A stretch of DNA of 64,000 nt, taken from Candidatus Eiseniibacteriota bacterium. GTDB taxonomy: Bacteria; Eisenbacteria; RBG-16-71-46. The DNA lies in contig JBGAML010000002.1 in the NCBI GenBank assembly GCA_044223005.1, positions 192,001-256,000 on the forward strand. Reading direction: 5' to 3'. The notes under the pieces are model-generated. The model searched no databases. It saw only the letters and a list, made by a program, of their open reading frames with translations, and was not told the DNA's origin. Shown piece after piece: positions 48,905 through 61,851 of the stretch. Position numbers and translations under genes: made by a program. The first letter of the stretch is position 1. Every line of letters starts with the position of its first letter.

Positions 48905-49196
48905 CCGGGCCGGGCGCCGCCGGCCTGCTCCACCGCCCGAGCGGCGGCCCCGCGGGCGGGTGGCCGGGTGGATGACATGGGGACCGGGGCCCTGGCGGCC
49001 GGCCAAGGCCCGGGGACGGCCCGTGACGCGCTCGATGGAGCTCCCGCGCGGAATCGTGGCGAGGGCCGCGGCGAAGTCCCTATGATGGAGCCCCGTCGGG
49101 GACCGAGACGACCGCAGCCCGGAGATCCGGTCCACCGGTTCGATGCACGTGCGTCGCCCGATCGCGCCGATCGTCACCCCGATTCGTGGAGGCAGC

Positions 49197-49631
49197 ATGA
49201 GCGCCACCCTGCTCTATCGCATCGCCGCCGTGCTCCTGCTGCTGTTCGCCGCGAGCCACACGCTCGGTTTCACGCAGTCCGACCCGTCGTGGGGCGTGCA
49301 AGCGACGCTCGCCGCGATGCGCTCCATCCACTTCGACATGCTGGGATCCCGCCGCACCTACTGGGACTTCTTCGTCGCCGCGGGGTACTCGGCCGGCTCG
49401 CTCTACCTGTTCGCGGCCGTCCTGGCGTGGCAGCTCGCAGGCCTTCCGGCCGAAGTGCTCCGGCGCCTGCGCGGCGTCGCGTGGACGTTCGCGCTCGCTT
49501 TCGCGGCGGTCGCGTTCGTGAGCTGGCGGCATCTCTTCGTGATCCCGATCGCCTTCTCGACCGCGATCACGGCGTGCCTCGCCGCTGCGGCGTGGCGCTC
49601 CGACGCGGCGGCCGCGGACCCTGCGCGCTAG
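49197..49631 (+). CDS. hypothetical 4-TM membrane protein
   Basis: GGAGG RBS, hydrophobic helices, HTLGF and RTYWDFF segments. Confidence 0.75.
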   Translation: MSATLLYRIAAVLLLLFAASHTLGFTQSDPSWGVQATLAAMRSIHFDMLGSRRTYWDFFVAAGYSAGSLYLFAAVLAWQLAGLPAEVLRRLRGVAWTFALAFAAVAFVSWRHLFVIPIAFSTAITACLAAAAWRSDAAAADPAR

Positions 49632-49658
49632 GTTCGCCGCTCACCCGGAGGCAGCGCC

Positions 49659-50225
49659 GTGGAACCCGAAGCGTTCTCCGACCAGCTGGCTCGCGCCGCG
49701 CACGGCGACTTCGAGGCGATGGAGCAGCTGTTGCCCGTCGTCTACGCGGAGTTGCGACGTCTCGCCGCGGCATTCCTCCGCCGCGAACGTCCCGGGCACA
49801 CGCTGCAGCCGACCGCGCTCGTCCACGAGGCGTTCCTGCGTCTTGCAGGCGGCCGGACGCTCGAGGCGAGCAGCCGGGCCCAGTTCATCGGGCTCGCCGC
49901 GCGAACGATGCGCCACATCCTGGTGGACCACGCCCGGCGGCGGAAGTCGCTGAAGCGCGGTGGGGGTGAGCGCGTCGTCACGCTGGACACGTCCGCGCTG
50001 GCCGGGGCCACACACGCGGTCGAGGTGGAGGATCTCGACCAGGCGCTCGCGGCACTCGCGCGCGTCAGCGAGCGCCAGGCGCGAGTCGTGGAGCTTCGGT
50101 ACTTCGGCGGCTTCTCGATCGAGGAGACCGGCGAAGCACTCGGTCTCTCGCCCATGACCGTCAAGCGCGACTGGGCCTTCGCGCGTGCCTGGCTCTATCG
50201 CGAACTGACCGGCGCGAAGTCCTGA
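49659..50225 (+). CDS. ECF sigma factor, kinase-associated type (TIGR02999-like)
   Basis: VYAELRRLA..ERPGHTLQPTALVHEAFLRL, MRHILVDHARRR..KRGG, VELRYFGG..TVKRDW.FARAWL. Confidence 0.9.
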   Translation: MEPEAFSDQLARAAHGDFEAMEQLLPVVYAELRRLAAAFLRRERPGHTLQPTALVHEAFLRLAGGRTLEASSRAQFIGLAARTMRHILVDHARRRKSLKRGGGERVVTLDTSALAGATHAVEVEDLDQALAALARVSERQARVVELRYFGGFSIEETGEALGLSPMTVKRDWAFARAWLYRELTGAKS

Positions 50226-50232
50226 GGGCGGG

Positions 50233-52791
<2,559 letters not shown>

Positions 52792-52945
52792 GCGGGCGTC
52801 CGGGCGGCGAGGGCCGTGACGCCCGCCGCCGCGGTCCGGTGCACCGGGCCGCGGCGGCGAGCGCGGTCGAGTCGTGCGGCGAGGCTAGCGCATCGATCCG
52901 GGAAAGTCGCTGGTTTCGCCGCGCCGCGGCCGGCGGCGGATCGGC

Positions 52946-54145
52946 CTAATGCATGAGCGCCAGCGTACGGTGCACCTCGCCCGCCGGGCTCGATAGGCGG
53001 GCGAAATAGAGCCCGTTCGGCACCCGCCCTCCGGCGGCGTTCCGGCCATCCCAGGACACGAGGCCCTTCGCGGCCACCTCGCCGTCGAGCAACGTGCGCA
53101 CCCGGGCGCCGGTGACATCGTAGATGGCCACCGTGATTCGCTGCGGCTGCGCCACGGCGTAACGCAGCGCCGTCCCGGAGGTGGAGGGGTTCGGCCCGGC
53201 CAACTCGAGTGCGAGACCGCTGGCCACCGTGGCGCTCGGAACGCTGCTCGTGGCCGACACGTTCAGGCGCGCGAGGCGGCTCGGCTCCTCCACGGAACCG
53301 TTGGCCACGATCACCTCGTACCAGCCCGTGTCGGCGACGGCGATGCCGGAGAGCGAGAGCGTGGGCGTGGTCGCCCCGCTCACGTGCGCTCCGTTCGCGA
53401 GCAGGGCCCCGTTGCGGCGCCACTGGAACGTGAGCGACGCCGTCGGAACGCTCGTCGCGACCGAGAAGTGAACCGTCGCGCCCGGGGCGGCAATGGTGTC
53501 CACCGGCTGCCTCACGATCAGCGGATTCACGATCGGCGAAAAGGTCAGGATGTAGGTGTATGTGGGCCCGGTCGACCACTCCACGGTGCCGTCCACGATC
53601 GACCAACCATCGATTTCGTAGAGGCCGGGCGCCAGGCGTCCCACCCGATGCAATTCCCCGCCCAAAGGACACTGCTCCACGATTTGGTTCGGCGCGTAGT
53701 GGGCGAGCCAGCACCATCCTCCGAACTCGCCTTCGCCCGGGTCGAGCCACGCATCGAGTGAGTACGTCATGGTCTGTTGCAGCTCGAAATCGAACGTGGC
53801 TGCGGATTCGGCGACGTAGTGCGGCGCGAGCGGCACGGTCTGCCAGGAGCCGCCGCAGCCGCCAGACGCACTGATTCCGTAGCCGACCACCTGCGAGATC
53901 TGCCATGCGCCGGCATCGCAGTATCCCGACCCCTCGGGGTCGGGATTGTCGAGGTGGGCCGAAGCCGAGGGCGACCAGTAGGAGTAGGGCACCGCGGGCA
54001 GGAGGACGGAATGTTGCGTCAGTCCCGCGTATTCCGCGCGCGCCGACACCTTGCGCGCGTCGCTGCGCATCACCAGCTGGGCTTCGGCCGGCACCGCGAT
54101 GGCGAGCGCGGCGCACTGCACGAGCACCATGAGCATGTGTCGCAT
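52946..54145 (-). CDS. secreted protein with Ig domain and FlgD-Ig/T9SS-like C-terminal domain
   Basis: GGAGG RBS, signal peptide, FQWRRNG..DTGWYEV, GPNPS..IYDVTGARVRTL..WDGRN..GLYFARL. Confidence 0.78.
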   Translation of the reverse strand: MRHMLMVLVQCAALAIAVPAEAQLVMRSDARKVSARAEYAGLTQHSVLLPAVPYSYWSPSASAHLDNPDPEGSGYCDAGAWQISQVVGYGISASGGCGGSWQTVPLAPHYVAESAATFDFELQQTMTYSLDAWLDPGEGEFGGWCWLAHYAPNQIVEQCPLGGELHRVGRLAPGLYEIDGWSIVDGTVEWSTGPTYTYILTFSPIVNPLIVRQPVDTIAAPGATVHFSVATSVPTASLTFQWRRNGALLANGAHVSGATTPTLSLSGIAVADTGWYEVIVANGSVEEPSRLARLNVSATSSVPSATVASGLALELAGPNPSTSGTALRYAVAQPQRITVAIYDVTGARVRTLLDGEVAAKGLVSWDGRNAAGGRVPNGLYFARLSSPAGEVHRTLALMH

Positions 54146-54204
54146 GCCATCCTCCAAACGTGAGTTGCGGAGTGGTCGACCCTTCGAACAGCAGGCGAAT
54201 GCCG

Positions 54205-55896
54205 TCATTCGAGCACCACGATTCGCCGGCTCGTCACGGCGCCCGCGTACGCGATGCGTGCCAGGTAGATGCCCGGGGGCACCTCGCGGCCATCGGCCCC
54301 GCGGCAGTTCCAGCGGAGGGCGTGCGTGCCCGCCGGCTGCGCGCCCTCCGCGAGCCTCGCGACGCGTGCGCCGCGGGCGTCGAAGATGTCGAGCGTCAAC
54401 GTCGAGGCCGCCGTCAGCGTGAACTCGATCGTGCTCGAGCGCTTCGCGGGGTTGGGGAAGGCACGCAGTGAGAGCCGGTCCGTCGGCAGGTTCGCCGTCA
54501 CGCCGCTGGTGGCGGATCCGAAGTCGACGACGAAACCGTTCGCCTGCCCGGGATCGGTCATCGCGCCGCCGCCGAAATCGAGCGAGCCGTAGAACTGCCC
54601 CGCGACGACCACGTGCCCGCCCGGTGCCGTCGCGATCGACTGGCTGAATTGCGATGCGGAGTCTCCGTATCGCTGGCTCTCGCGGTGCGTGCCGTTCGGA
54701 TCGTATGCCGCGACGATCACGTCCTCCGCGCCCATCGGCACGAGCACCGAACCGCCGACGTTCACCGGCCCGGTCGTGCTTCCCGTCACGAAGATGCTTC
54801 CCGCCGCGTCGGTCGCCACGGCGTTCACGTTCTGGTCGGACAGGTAATCGACGTCCATGAAATGCCGCGTCCACTGCGCGACGCCGGCCGCGTCGAACGC
54901 GACGAGGAAGCCGTCGGACCAGTACAGCGGTGCGCTTTCCAGTCCCGTGCCGAAGTCCACGTCGCCGTAGAAGGATCCGACGGCGTAGACCTCTCCATTC
55001 GGGCCGCTCGCCACGCCGTAGATGGACTGATCCGTGGCCGCGGCGGAACCGAAGGACCGGCTCCAGGCTTCGTTCCCGGCGGCCGTCAGCTTGGCGAGAA
55101 ACGCATCGTTCGCGCCGAGGCTCGTGTGCGGTCCGCCGCCGAAATCGAGCGAGCCGCTGTACCAGCCACCCAGGAGGATCTCGCCGCTCGGGTCGGTCGC
55201 GACGGAGGCGGGCCATTGGTCGTTCGCGTCGCCGTAACGGTGACTCCAGAGATGGCCGCCGGAGCCGGTGTACTTGACGAGGAAGACGTCGTCGAAGCCC
55301 GCGCTGACGAGCGGGCCGCCGCCCGCGTCGATCGTGCCGTAGAAGCCGCCCGCGACGATCACGTTTCCGGAGGGATCGAACGTCACCGCGGTGGCCGCCT
55401 GGGACTTGTTGTCGCCGAAGCGTCGCGCCCACTGGAACCCTCCGTTGGCGTCGTACACGGCGACGAAAGCATCGTAGATCCCCGCGGACGTGAGCGTCCC
55501 GCCGCCGGGGTTGATCGTGCCCATGAACATTCCGCAGACGGCCACGTTCCCGTCGGCATCGGTCGCGACCATGCTCGTCGAGACGCCGCCCGTGGCTGCG
55601 AACTTCCGGCTCCACATGCACGTTCCACTGGGATCGAACTTGGCGAGGAAGCCGTCGTCCGGGCTGGTGAGCGTGCTGGTCCCGAAGTCGAGCGTGCCGG
55701 AGAAGTAGCCCGTGACGATGGCGTTCCCCGCGGCATCGGTCGCGACGCTGTTCGCCCGCTGGAACGACGCGTCCCCGAGGCTGCGATGCCACAGCTCGGT
55801 CATGGCCGCTGCGCGGCGCGACGGCATGCCGAGGGTGCTGCCGACCAGCAGGGCCCCGAGGAAGAACGTTCGAAGGTTGAGGATCGGGCGCGGCAT
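54205..55896 (-). CDS. secreted beta-propeller repeat (SBBP-like) protein with FlgD-Ig/T9SS-like C-terminal domain
   Basis: repeated VATD..GN..V.G.F.G.LDFG.G.L....D.FLAK units; AFPNP..IFDARGARV..PGIYLAR. Confidence 0.8.
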   Translation of the reverse strand: MPRPILNLRTFFLGALLVGSTLGMPSRRAAAMTELWHRSLGDASFQRANSVATDAAGNAIVTGYFSGTLDFGTSTLTSPDDGFLAKFDPSGTCMWSRKFAATGGVSTSMVATDADGNVAVCGMFMGTINPGGGTLTSAGIYDAFVAVYDANGGFQWARRFGDNKSQAATAVTFDPSGNVIVAGGFYGTIDAGGGPLVSAGFDDVFLVKYTGSGGHLWSHRYGDANDQWPASVATDPSGEILLGGWYSGSLDFGGGPHTSLGANDAFLAKLTAAGNEAWSRSFGSAAATDQSIYGVASGPNGEVYAVGSFYGDVDFGTGLESAPLYWSDGFLVAFDAAGVAQWTRHFMDVDYLSDQNVNAVATDAAGSIFVTGSTTGPVNVGGSVLVPMGAEDVIVAAYDPNGTHRESQRYGDSASQFSQSIATAPGGHVVVAGQFYGSLDFGGGAMTDPGQANGFVVDFGSATSGVTANLPTDRLSLRAFPNPAKRSSTIEFTLTAASTLTLDIFDARGARVARLAEGAQPAGTHALRWNCRGADGREVPPGIYLARIAYAGAVTSRRIVVLE

Positions 55897-56219
55897 GGCA
55901 GGACTCCTCGCGGTGGATGGAAACCGGGTACGGGCTCGCCATCCCGGAAAGCGCACTCGGAGCCCGAATCGGACCATCGACGCGCGACCTGGCCCGGCGC
56001 CGCCACGCGTTGACGGCTCGCGGGGCGTGGGGAAGACTGCCGCTCCGGCGGCGCAACCTCATGCGCCCGAACGAGCGGCGACCCGGCCGCGACCCGATCC
56101 CGGTTGGGGGGATGCATGGTCATCGGAACGATCTCCGGCCCGCGCGGCCTCGAGGCCCGGCGCCCGCTCGTGGCGCGCGGCCCGTGCTGGACCCGTGGCG
56201 TCACCCGTGAGGAGCGCGC

Positions 56220-57047
56220 GTGACCGCCGCGCTCCAGCTGCTGGCGGTGCTGGCGCACCCGGACGACGAGACGCTCGGCACGGGCGGCACGCTCGCGCGG
56301 TACGCGAGCGAGGGCGTCGACGTGCATCTCGTCACCGCGACGCGCGGGGATCGCGGGCGCTATCACGGCGAGAAGGACGGCCCGAATCATCCCGGTCCCG
56401 AGGCGCTCGCGCGCCTGCGCGAGCAGGAGCTGCGCGCGGCAATCGAGGTGCTCGGCGTGCGCTCGCTCGAGATCCTGGGCTACGGCGACGGCGTGCTCGA
56501 CGAAGCGCCGGCGGCCGAGGCGATCGCGCGCATCGCCGCCACGATCCGGCGCGTGCGGCCGCAGGTGGTGATCACGTTCGGGCCCGAGGGCGCCTACGGT
56601 CATCCCGATCACATCGCGATCTGCCAGTTCACCACGGCGGCGATCGTCGCGGCGGCCGATCCGGCGCACGCTGGACCCGACGCGCCCTTCGCGGTCTCGA
56701 AGCTCTATTACATGGTCTCGACGCACGCGAACTGGCAGGCCTACCAGCACGCATTCAAGCGGCTCGTCTCGGTGACGGACGGCGTCGAACGCGAGGCGGT
56801 TCCGTGGCCCGACTGGCAGATCACGACGTGGATCGACACGCGTGCGCAGTGGGAGACCGTGTGGCGTGCGGTCCGGTGCCACGATTCCCAGGTCGGCGCC
56901 TACGAGCGACTCGCCCACATGTCGCCCGAAGACCACCAGGCGCTCTGGGGCACGGCCACCTATTACCGCGTGTTCAGCACGGTGAACGGCGGCCGCGTAC
57001 GCGAGACGGACTTGTTCGAGGGGCTGCGCGGGCCGGCCGCACGCTGA
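56220..57047 (+). CDS. PIG-L/LmbE family deacetylase
   Basis: LAHPDDE, TATRGD, YGHPDH, CHDSQ; GAGGAG RBS. Confidence 0.9.
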   Translation: MTAALQLLAVLAHPDDETLGTGGTLARYASEGVDVHLVTATRGDRGRYHGEKDGPNHPGPEALARLREQELRAAIEVLGVRSLEILGYGDGVLDEAPAAEAIARIAATIRRVRPQVVITFGPEGAYGHPDHIAICQFTTAAIVAAADPAHAGPDAPFAVSKLYYMVSTHANWQAYQHAFKRLVSVTDGVEREAVPWPDWQITTWIDTRAQWETVWRAVRCHDSQVGAYERLAHMSPEDHQALWGTATYYRVFSTVNGGRVRETDLFEGLRGPAAR

Positions 57048-57059
57048 CCCCGGACGCAC

Positions 57060-57093
57060 CGCGGGCCTCGACCGGTGAGGATCGAGGCCCGCG
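57060..57093. terminator. hairpin between convergent genes
   Basis: CGCGGGCCTCGA (57060-57071) / TCGAGGCCCGCG (57082-57093), perfect 12-bp stem. Confidence 0.5.
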
Positions 57094-57109
57094 TGCGAGC
57101 GTCCCGTTC

Positions 57110-60100
57110 CTAGCGGCCGTCCTCCCAGGCCGGCATGCGTCCGGGCGTGTACGGCGCACCCGCCTGCTCGAGCCGATCCTCGAATGCCTTCATGCGCTGC
57201 TGCACGTCGCGCAGGTCGGCGAGCACCTGGCCGAAGCTGGCCTTCGCTTCGTCATACGCGCGCTGGTACGTGCCCGTCGGCGCCGACGTCGTGCTCCAGA
57301 GCGAGCCGACGATGAGGTCGGTGCGACCTTTCAGCGACATGCGCGCCTGGCCCTCGAACTTCGGCAGGACGTCGTCGCCGTTCAGTGTTTCGTTGATCTT
57401 CTTGAGTTTCGCCTTGAGCGCCGAGAGCTCCGAGAGCCCGCTCGCGTCGAACCGCGGTGCCGCCATCGCCGCCGACTCGAAGTAGGGCAGCAGTTCGCTC
57501 AACTTGCCGCGGTGTCCGTCCGCCGCAGAGATCGAGCGCGAGAGCGCCGCGGTCTTCTCGTTGAAAGCGCGCAGGGCTTCGCGGTCGGCCGGCGTCAGGG
57601 TCGTCTCGTGGAGCGCGCGGCAGCGCAGCGTGCGCGGCTCGCCGAGCGCGGTGAGCTTGGCGTCCTGGTAGCGGTACATCGTCACCGCGTAGGTGCCCGG
57701 CGGCACCATGTAGCCGCGGTCCGGCTCGTCCCACGGTGCGGTGTCGGTGCGCGGCGCGAGCGAGACCGGGGTCACGGGGCTCGTGCGGAAGTCCCACACG
57801 ATCCGGTGCACGCCCGCCTTGATCGGCTGCTTGATCCGGCGCAGCGCGCGGCCGTCGCCGTCCGAGACGACGAAGAGCAGGTACGGCTCCTCCTCGGCGG
57901 CCTCCAGCTTGAGCCGCTCGTAGGTGGGGTACGGCACGTCCTTGCCCGCCTCCTGCAGCTTCTTCTCCTCGGCGTTGCGCTGCTTCTTGAGGGACTTGTA
58001 GTCGTCGCGTACCCAGTAGGTGATCGCGGCACCGATCTCCGGGTTCGGCGCGGCGAAGAACGACGCGCCCTGGAAACCCACGCCCGGGAAGCCCAGCGGA
58101 TCCGACGGCACGAACATCACGGCCTCGGCGGGCGGGAAGAGCGCCTGCGGAGCGGCGAGCGCCTTCGCGTCGAGCCCGCGCAGCGGCGTGTAGTCGTCGA
58201 GGATGAAGACGCCACGGCCGTACGTCGAGATGACGAGGTCGTGCTGGTCGCGCTGGATCGCCATGTCCATGACCTGGATCGCCGACGGCAGTCCGGCCGT
58301 GAGCTTGACCCACTGCGGCTCGGCCGTGTTCGAGACGTAGACGCCGTTCATCGTGCCGACGAAGAGCAGGTTCGGGTCTCCGTCGTCGACGGCGATCGAC
58401 CACGTGGGGCCGCGCACCGGGAGGTTGGCGCGGATCGTGACCCACGTCTTGCCGCCGTCGGAGGTCTTGTAGAGGTACGGGGCGTAGTCGCCGGCGAAGA
58501 AGTTGTTGCACGCGGCGTAGGCCACGTTCACGTCCGTCGGCGAGGCCGCGACCTGGTGGATGTGCGCGAACTCCGGCAGTCCCGGCAGCACGGCGAGCTG
58601 CCACGTGGCGCCGCCATCGTGCGTGACGTGCAGCAGGCCGTCACCGGAGCCCGCGTAGAGCCGCTTCTCGTCGAGCGGCGACTCCGCGATCGTGGTGACG
58701 TGGGCGAACGAGGACTTCGCCACCATCTCGTCCATGCTCCAGCTGCGTCCCATCAGGTGGTGCAGCGTCCTCGGCACGCCGCGCGTCAGGTCGGGACTGA
58801 TCTCGCGCCAGCTCTCGCCCCGGTCGTCGGAGCGCAGCACCATGTTCGCGCCCTGGTAGAGCCGCCGGTGGTCGTGCCGGGAGATCAGCAGCGGCGCGTC
58901 CCAGTCGAAGCGGTAGGCCGGCTTGCCCGTACCCTCGAAGCCGCGCAGGTAGAGCCGCTCGCCCGTCCGGCGGTCGTAGCGCACGAGGGCGCCGAACTGC
59001 GCCTGCGAGTAGATCGTGTTCGGGTCCGCCCAGTCGGCCTGCGACTGGAAGCCGTCCCCGCCCTCGGTGAACGTCCAGTCGGCGTTCGTGATGCCCGCCG
59101 AGCTGAGCGTGCGCGACGGCCCGCCGAGGCTGTTGTTGTCCTGCGTACCGATCCACACGTTGTAGAAGGGCTTCGCGTTGTCGACCGTCACCTTGTAGAT
59201 CTCGGCGATCGGCAGGTTGGCCTTGAATGCCCACGTGGCCGCGCCGTCGAACGATTCGTAGACGCCGCCGTCGTTGCCCGACAGCATGTGCCGCGGATCG
59301 GACGGATCGATCCACAGCGCGTGGTTGTCCACGTGCTTCTTGTCCTCGCCGAGCCGCGACCAGGTCTTGCCGCCGTCGGTCGACACCTGGTTGAACACGT
59401 CCATCGCGATGATGCGATCGACGTTCTTGGGGTCGCAGAAGAGCTTCTGGCAGTAGAAGGGGTAGGAGGTGACGTAGTCGCTCGCGCGCGTCCAGCTGGC
59501 GCCGGCGTCGCTGCTCACGTACGTGCCCTTGTCCTTCTTCTCCTTCGCGTCCACGACGGCGAACAGGCGGTCGGGATCGACCGGCGAGATCGCCATGCCG
59601 ATGCGCCCGACCTGCTTCTGCGGCAGGCCGCCCTCGAGCCGCTTCCAGGTCGTGCCGCCGTCGGTGGTCTTGTAGATCCCGCTCTCGTCGCCGCCCGTCA
59701 CCGTGGTGGTGAGGTAGCGCTGGCGCTGGTGCGCCACCGCGTAGAGCACGTCGGGGTCACGCGGGTCCATGTGCAGTTCCCAGCAGCCAGTGTGGTCGCT
59801 CGGGTGCAGGACGTTCGTCCACGTCTTGCCGCCGTCGGTCGTCTTGAAGACACCGCGATCGCCACCGTCCACGCGGTGCGGGCCGTAGGCGGCGACCCAG
59901 ACCGTGTGGGGGTTCGTCGGGTGCACCACCACCTGCCCGACCTGCTGGGACTCCTTGAGCCCCATGTTGGTCCAGCTCTTGCCGCCGTCCTCGCTCTTGT
60001 AGACGCCGTCGCCGGGCACGACGTAGGTCTGGCCGTTGTTCTCGCCGGTGCCCACCCAGACGATGCTGGGATCCGACGGTGCGTACGCGACGGTGCCGAT

Positions 60101-60460
60101 CGAGAAGGAGGACTGCCCGTCGAAGACCGGCGTGAACGTCACGCCTGCGTTGCTCGTCTTCCAGAGCGAACCATGCCCGGAGGCGACGAAGTATTCCGAG
60201 TGATCGCGCGGGTTGACCTCGATGTCGACCACGCGGCCGCCCGTCACCGCCGGCCCGATGCTGCGGAACGAAAGTCCCTCGAGCGAGACCTTCTCGAGGC
60301 TGGGCGAGGCGGGCGCGGCCGCGGGTTTGCTCCCGCTGCCGCCGGTCGCGCGGCTTCCACCACTCGCCGCCGCGGCGCGCGCGGGATGCGGCAGGACGAG
60401 CAGGAGCGCGAGGCTCGCCAGCGTGAGCGTGCGGAACGAATGCTGCGTGAACGCGTTCAT
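57110..60460 (-). CDS. secreted VPS10/BNR (Asp-box) repeat protein, glycosyl-hydrolase-like
   Basis: FRSIGPAVTGGRV, many S/TxDGGxT/SW Asp-boxes, HVDNHALWIDP, GTQDN, GGDGF; C-terminal coiled coil. Confidence 0.88.
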   Translation of the reverse strand: MNAFTQHSFRTLTLASLALLLVLPHPARAAAASGGSRATGGSGSKPAAAPASPSLEKVSLEGLSFRSIGPAVTGGRVVDIEVNPRDHSEYFVASGHGSLWKTSNAGVTFTPVFDGQSSFSIGTVAYAPSDPSIVWVGTGENNGQTYVVPGDGVYKSEDGGKSWTNMGLKESQQVGQVVVHPTNPHTVWVAAYGPHRVDGGDRGVFKTTDGGKTWTNVLHPSDHTGCWELHMDPRDPDVLYAVAHQRQRYLTTTVTGGDESGIYKTTDGGTTWKRLEGGLPQKQVGRIGMAISPVDPDRLFAVVDAKEKKDKGTYVSSDAGASWTRASDYVTSYPFYCQKLFCDPKNVDRIIAMDVFNQVSTDGGKTWSRLGEDKKHVDNHALWIDPSDPRHMLSGNDGGVYESFDGAATWAFKANLPIAEIYKVTVDNAKPFYNVWIGTQDNNSLGGPSRTLSSAGITNADWTFTEGGDGFQSQADWADPNTIYSQAQFGALVRYDRRTGERLYLRGFEGTGKPAYRFDWDAPLLISRHDHRRLYQGANMVLRSDDRGESWREISPDLTRGVPRTLHHLMGRSWSMDEMVAKSSFAHVTTIAESPLDEKRLYAGSGDGLLHVTHDGGATWQLAVLPGLPEFAHIHQVAASPTDVNVAYAACNNFFAGDYAPYLYKTSDGGKTWVTIRANLPVRGPTWSIAVDDGDPNLLFVGTMNGVYVSNTAEPQWVKLTAGLPSAIQVMDMAIQRDQHDLVISTYGRGVFILDDYTPLRGLDAKALAAPQALFPPAEAVMFVPSDPLGFPGVGFQGASFFAAPNPEIGAAITYWVRDDYKSLKKQRNAEEKKLQEAGKDVPYPTYERLKLEAAEEEPYLLFVVSDGDGRALRRIKQPIKAGVHRIVWDFRTSPVTPVSLAPRTDTAPWDEPDRGYMVPPGTYAVTMYRYQDAKLTALGEPRTLRCRALHETTLTPADREALRAFNEKTAALSRSISAADGHRGKLSELLPYFESAAMAAPRFDASGLSELSALKAKLKKINETLNGDDVLPKFEGQARMSLKGRTDLIVGSLWSTTSAPTGTYQRAYDEAKASFGQVLADLRDVQQRMKAFEDRLEQAGAPYTPGRMPAWEDGR

Positions 60461-60711
60461 CGGGGATCGCCTCCGGCCGTAGCGTCGTGGATTCGTGAGC
60501 CAGCGTGGGGCGCAGACTGCGGGAACGCGCGCGCGCGGTCCAACGGGCCGCCGCCCGGCGCGGCGGGAAATCCTCCCGGCGCACGCCGGACGCATCGACT
60601 CCGGCACCCTGCCGGGCGGGCCGAAGGCAGCAATGTGACGCGCAGGGCGGTCGCGTACGCTGCGTCGACGACGGCCGCATCCGTCACGCACGCGTGGAGA
60701 GGTTCCGCCGC

Positions 60712-61806
60712 ATGTCCCCCGAATCCGAAGTCCCCGATCCGCCGCTCGCGCACGCTGCGGCCACCCGCACGCGCTGGACGTGGCTGCCGGCCGCGCGCTG
60801 GGCCGTGCAGGCGCTCTGCGCGGCGTTCATGGTCCTCGTCGGCGTCGAGTTCGCGCGTTTCTACGATGCGGCGCTCGCCGGAGCCTCACCACTGCCCCCG
60901 CGTCCGGCCGCGGTCGAGGCGCTCCTGCCGCTGAGCGCGCTGCTGGGCCTCAAGCACTGGCTCGCCACGGGTACGTGGGACGACCTGCACCCCGCAGGGC
61001 TCGTGATCCTGCTCGCGGTCGTGGCGACCGCGCTGCTCGCACGCAAGGCGTTCTGCTCTTGGGTCTGTCCCGTCGGCATGCTCTCGCGCGGGCTCGAATG
61101 GCTCGGCGCGCGCACGAAGCTGCTACGCCGCCGGCGCCGGCGTGGGCAGCCGTCGCGAGTCGCGTGGCTGGCGTGGGCCCCCAAGTACGTGATCCTCGTC
61201 TTCTTCGTCGTCTCGATCTTCGTGCTCATGGACGCGCGTTCGGTCGCGGAGTTCCTGGCGTCGCCGTACAACCACGTCACCGATGCGCGCATGCTGCTCT
61301 TCTTCCGGCATCCGTCCGCGACCGTGCTCGTCGTGATCGGTGCATTCGCCGTCGGGTCGCTGTTCGTGCGGCACCTGTGGTGCCGCTTCGCCTGTCCGTA
61401 CGGCGCGCTGCTGGGCCTCTTCAGCTGGGCCTCGCCGCAGCGCATCGTGCGCGACGCGGCCACGTGCACCACCTGCAAGCGCTGCACGCAGGTTTGCCCC
61501 GTGCGGATCACCGTGCACACCGAGCTCCGCGTGCTGACGCCCGAGTGCACGGGCTGCATGGACTGCGTCGCCGCGTGCCCGGTGGACGATTGCCTCACGG
61601 TGGGCCGTACCGGCCGCCGGGGATGGTCGCCGCTGCTGGTGCCGGCGGTCGCGATCGCCGTGCTGCTCGGCGCGTGGGTGCTCGCGCGCGCCAGCGGGCA
61701 CTGGACGTCGAAGCTGCCCGCCGAGGGGTTCGCGCAGTGGTACCGGCACGCCGAGGACGTCGGGCACGAGCGCGACGGCGCGAGGACGCGGGACGACGCG
61801 CCCTGA
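60712..61806 (+). CDS. 4Fe-4S binding membrane protein, NapH/YccM-like
   Basis: FCSWVCPVG, WCRFACPYG, CTTCKRCTQVCP, CTGCMDCVAACP. Confidence 0.88.
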   Translation: MSPESEVPDPPLAHAAATRTRWTWLPAARWAVQALCAAFMVLVGVEFARFYDAALAGASPLPPRPAAVEALLPLSALLGLKHWLATGTWDDLHPAGLVILLAVVATALLARKAFCSWVCPVGMLSRGLEWLGARTKLLRRRRRRGQPSRVAWLAWAPKYVILVFFVVSIFVLMDARSVAEFLASPYNHVTDARMLLFFRHPSATVLVVIGAFAVGSLFVRHLWCRFACPYGALLGLFSWASPQRIVRDAATCTTCKRCTQVCPVRITVHTELRVLTPECTGCMDCVAACPVDDCLTVGRTGRRGWSPLLVPAVAIAVLLGAWVLARASGHWTSKLPAEGFAQWYRHAEDVGHERDGARTRDDAP

Positions 61807-61807
61807 A

Positions 61808-61845
61808 ACGCACGCGGCCCCGGCGCGAGGCCGGGGCCGGTGCGT
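61808..61845. terminator. hairpin between convergent genes
   Basis: CGGCCCCGGC (61815-61824) / GCCGGGGCCG (61830-61839), plus outer ACGCAC/GTGCGT. Confidence 0.5.
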
Positions 61846-61851
61846 GGCCGC

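Noticed and set aside
55712..60934. 1740-aa plus-strand ORF
   Set aside because: Shadow of the VPS10/BNR gene and out of frame with the PIG-L gene; a typical high-GC artefact
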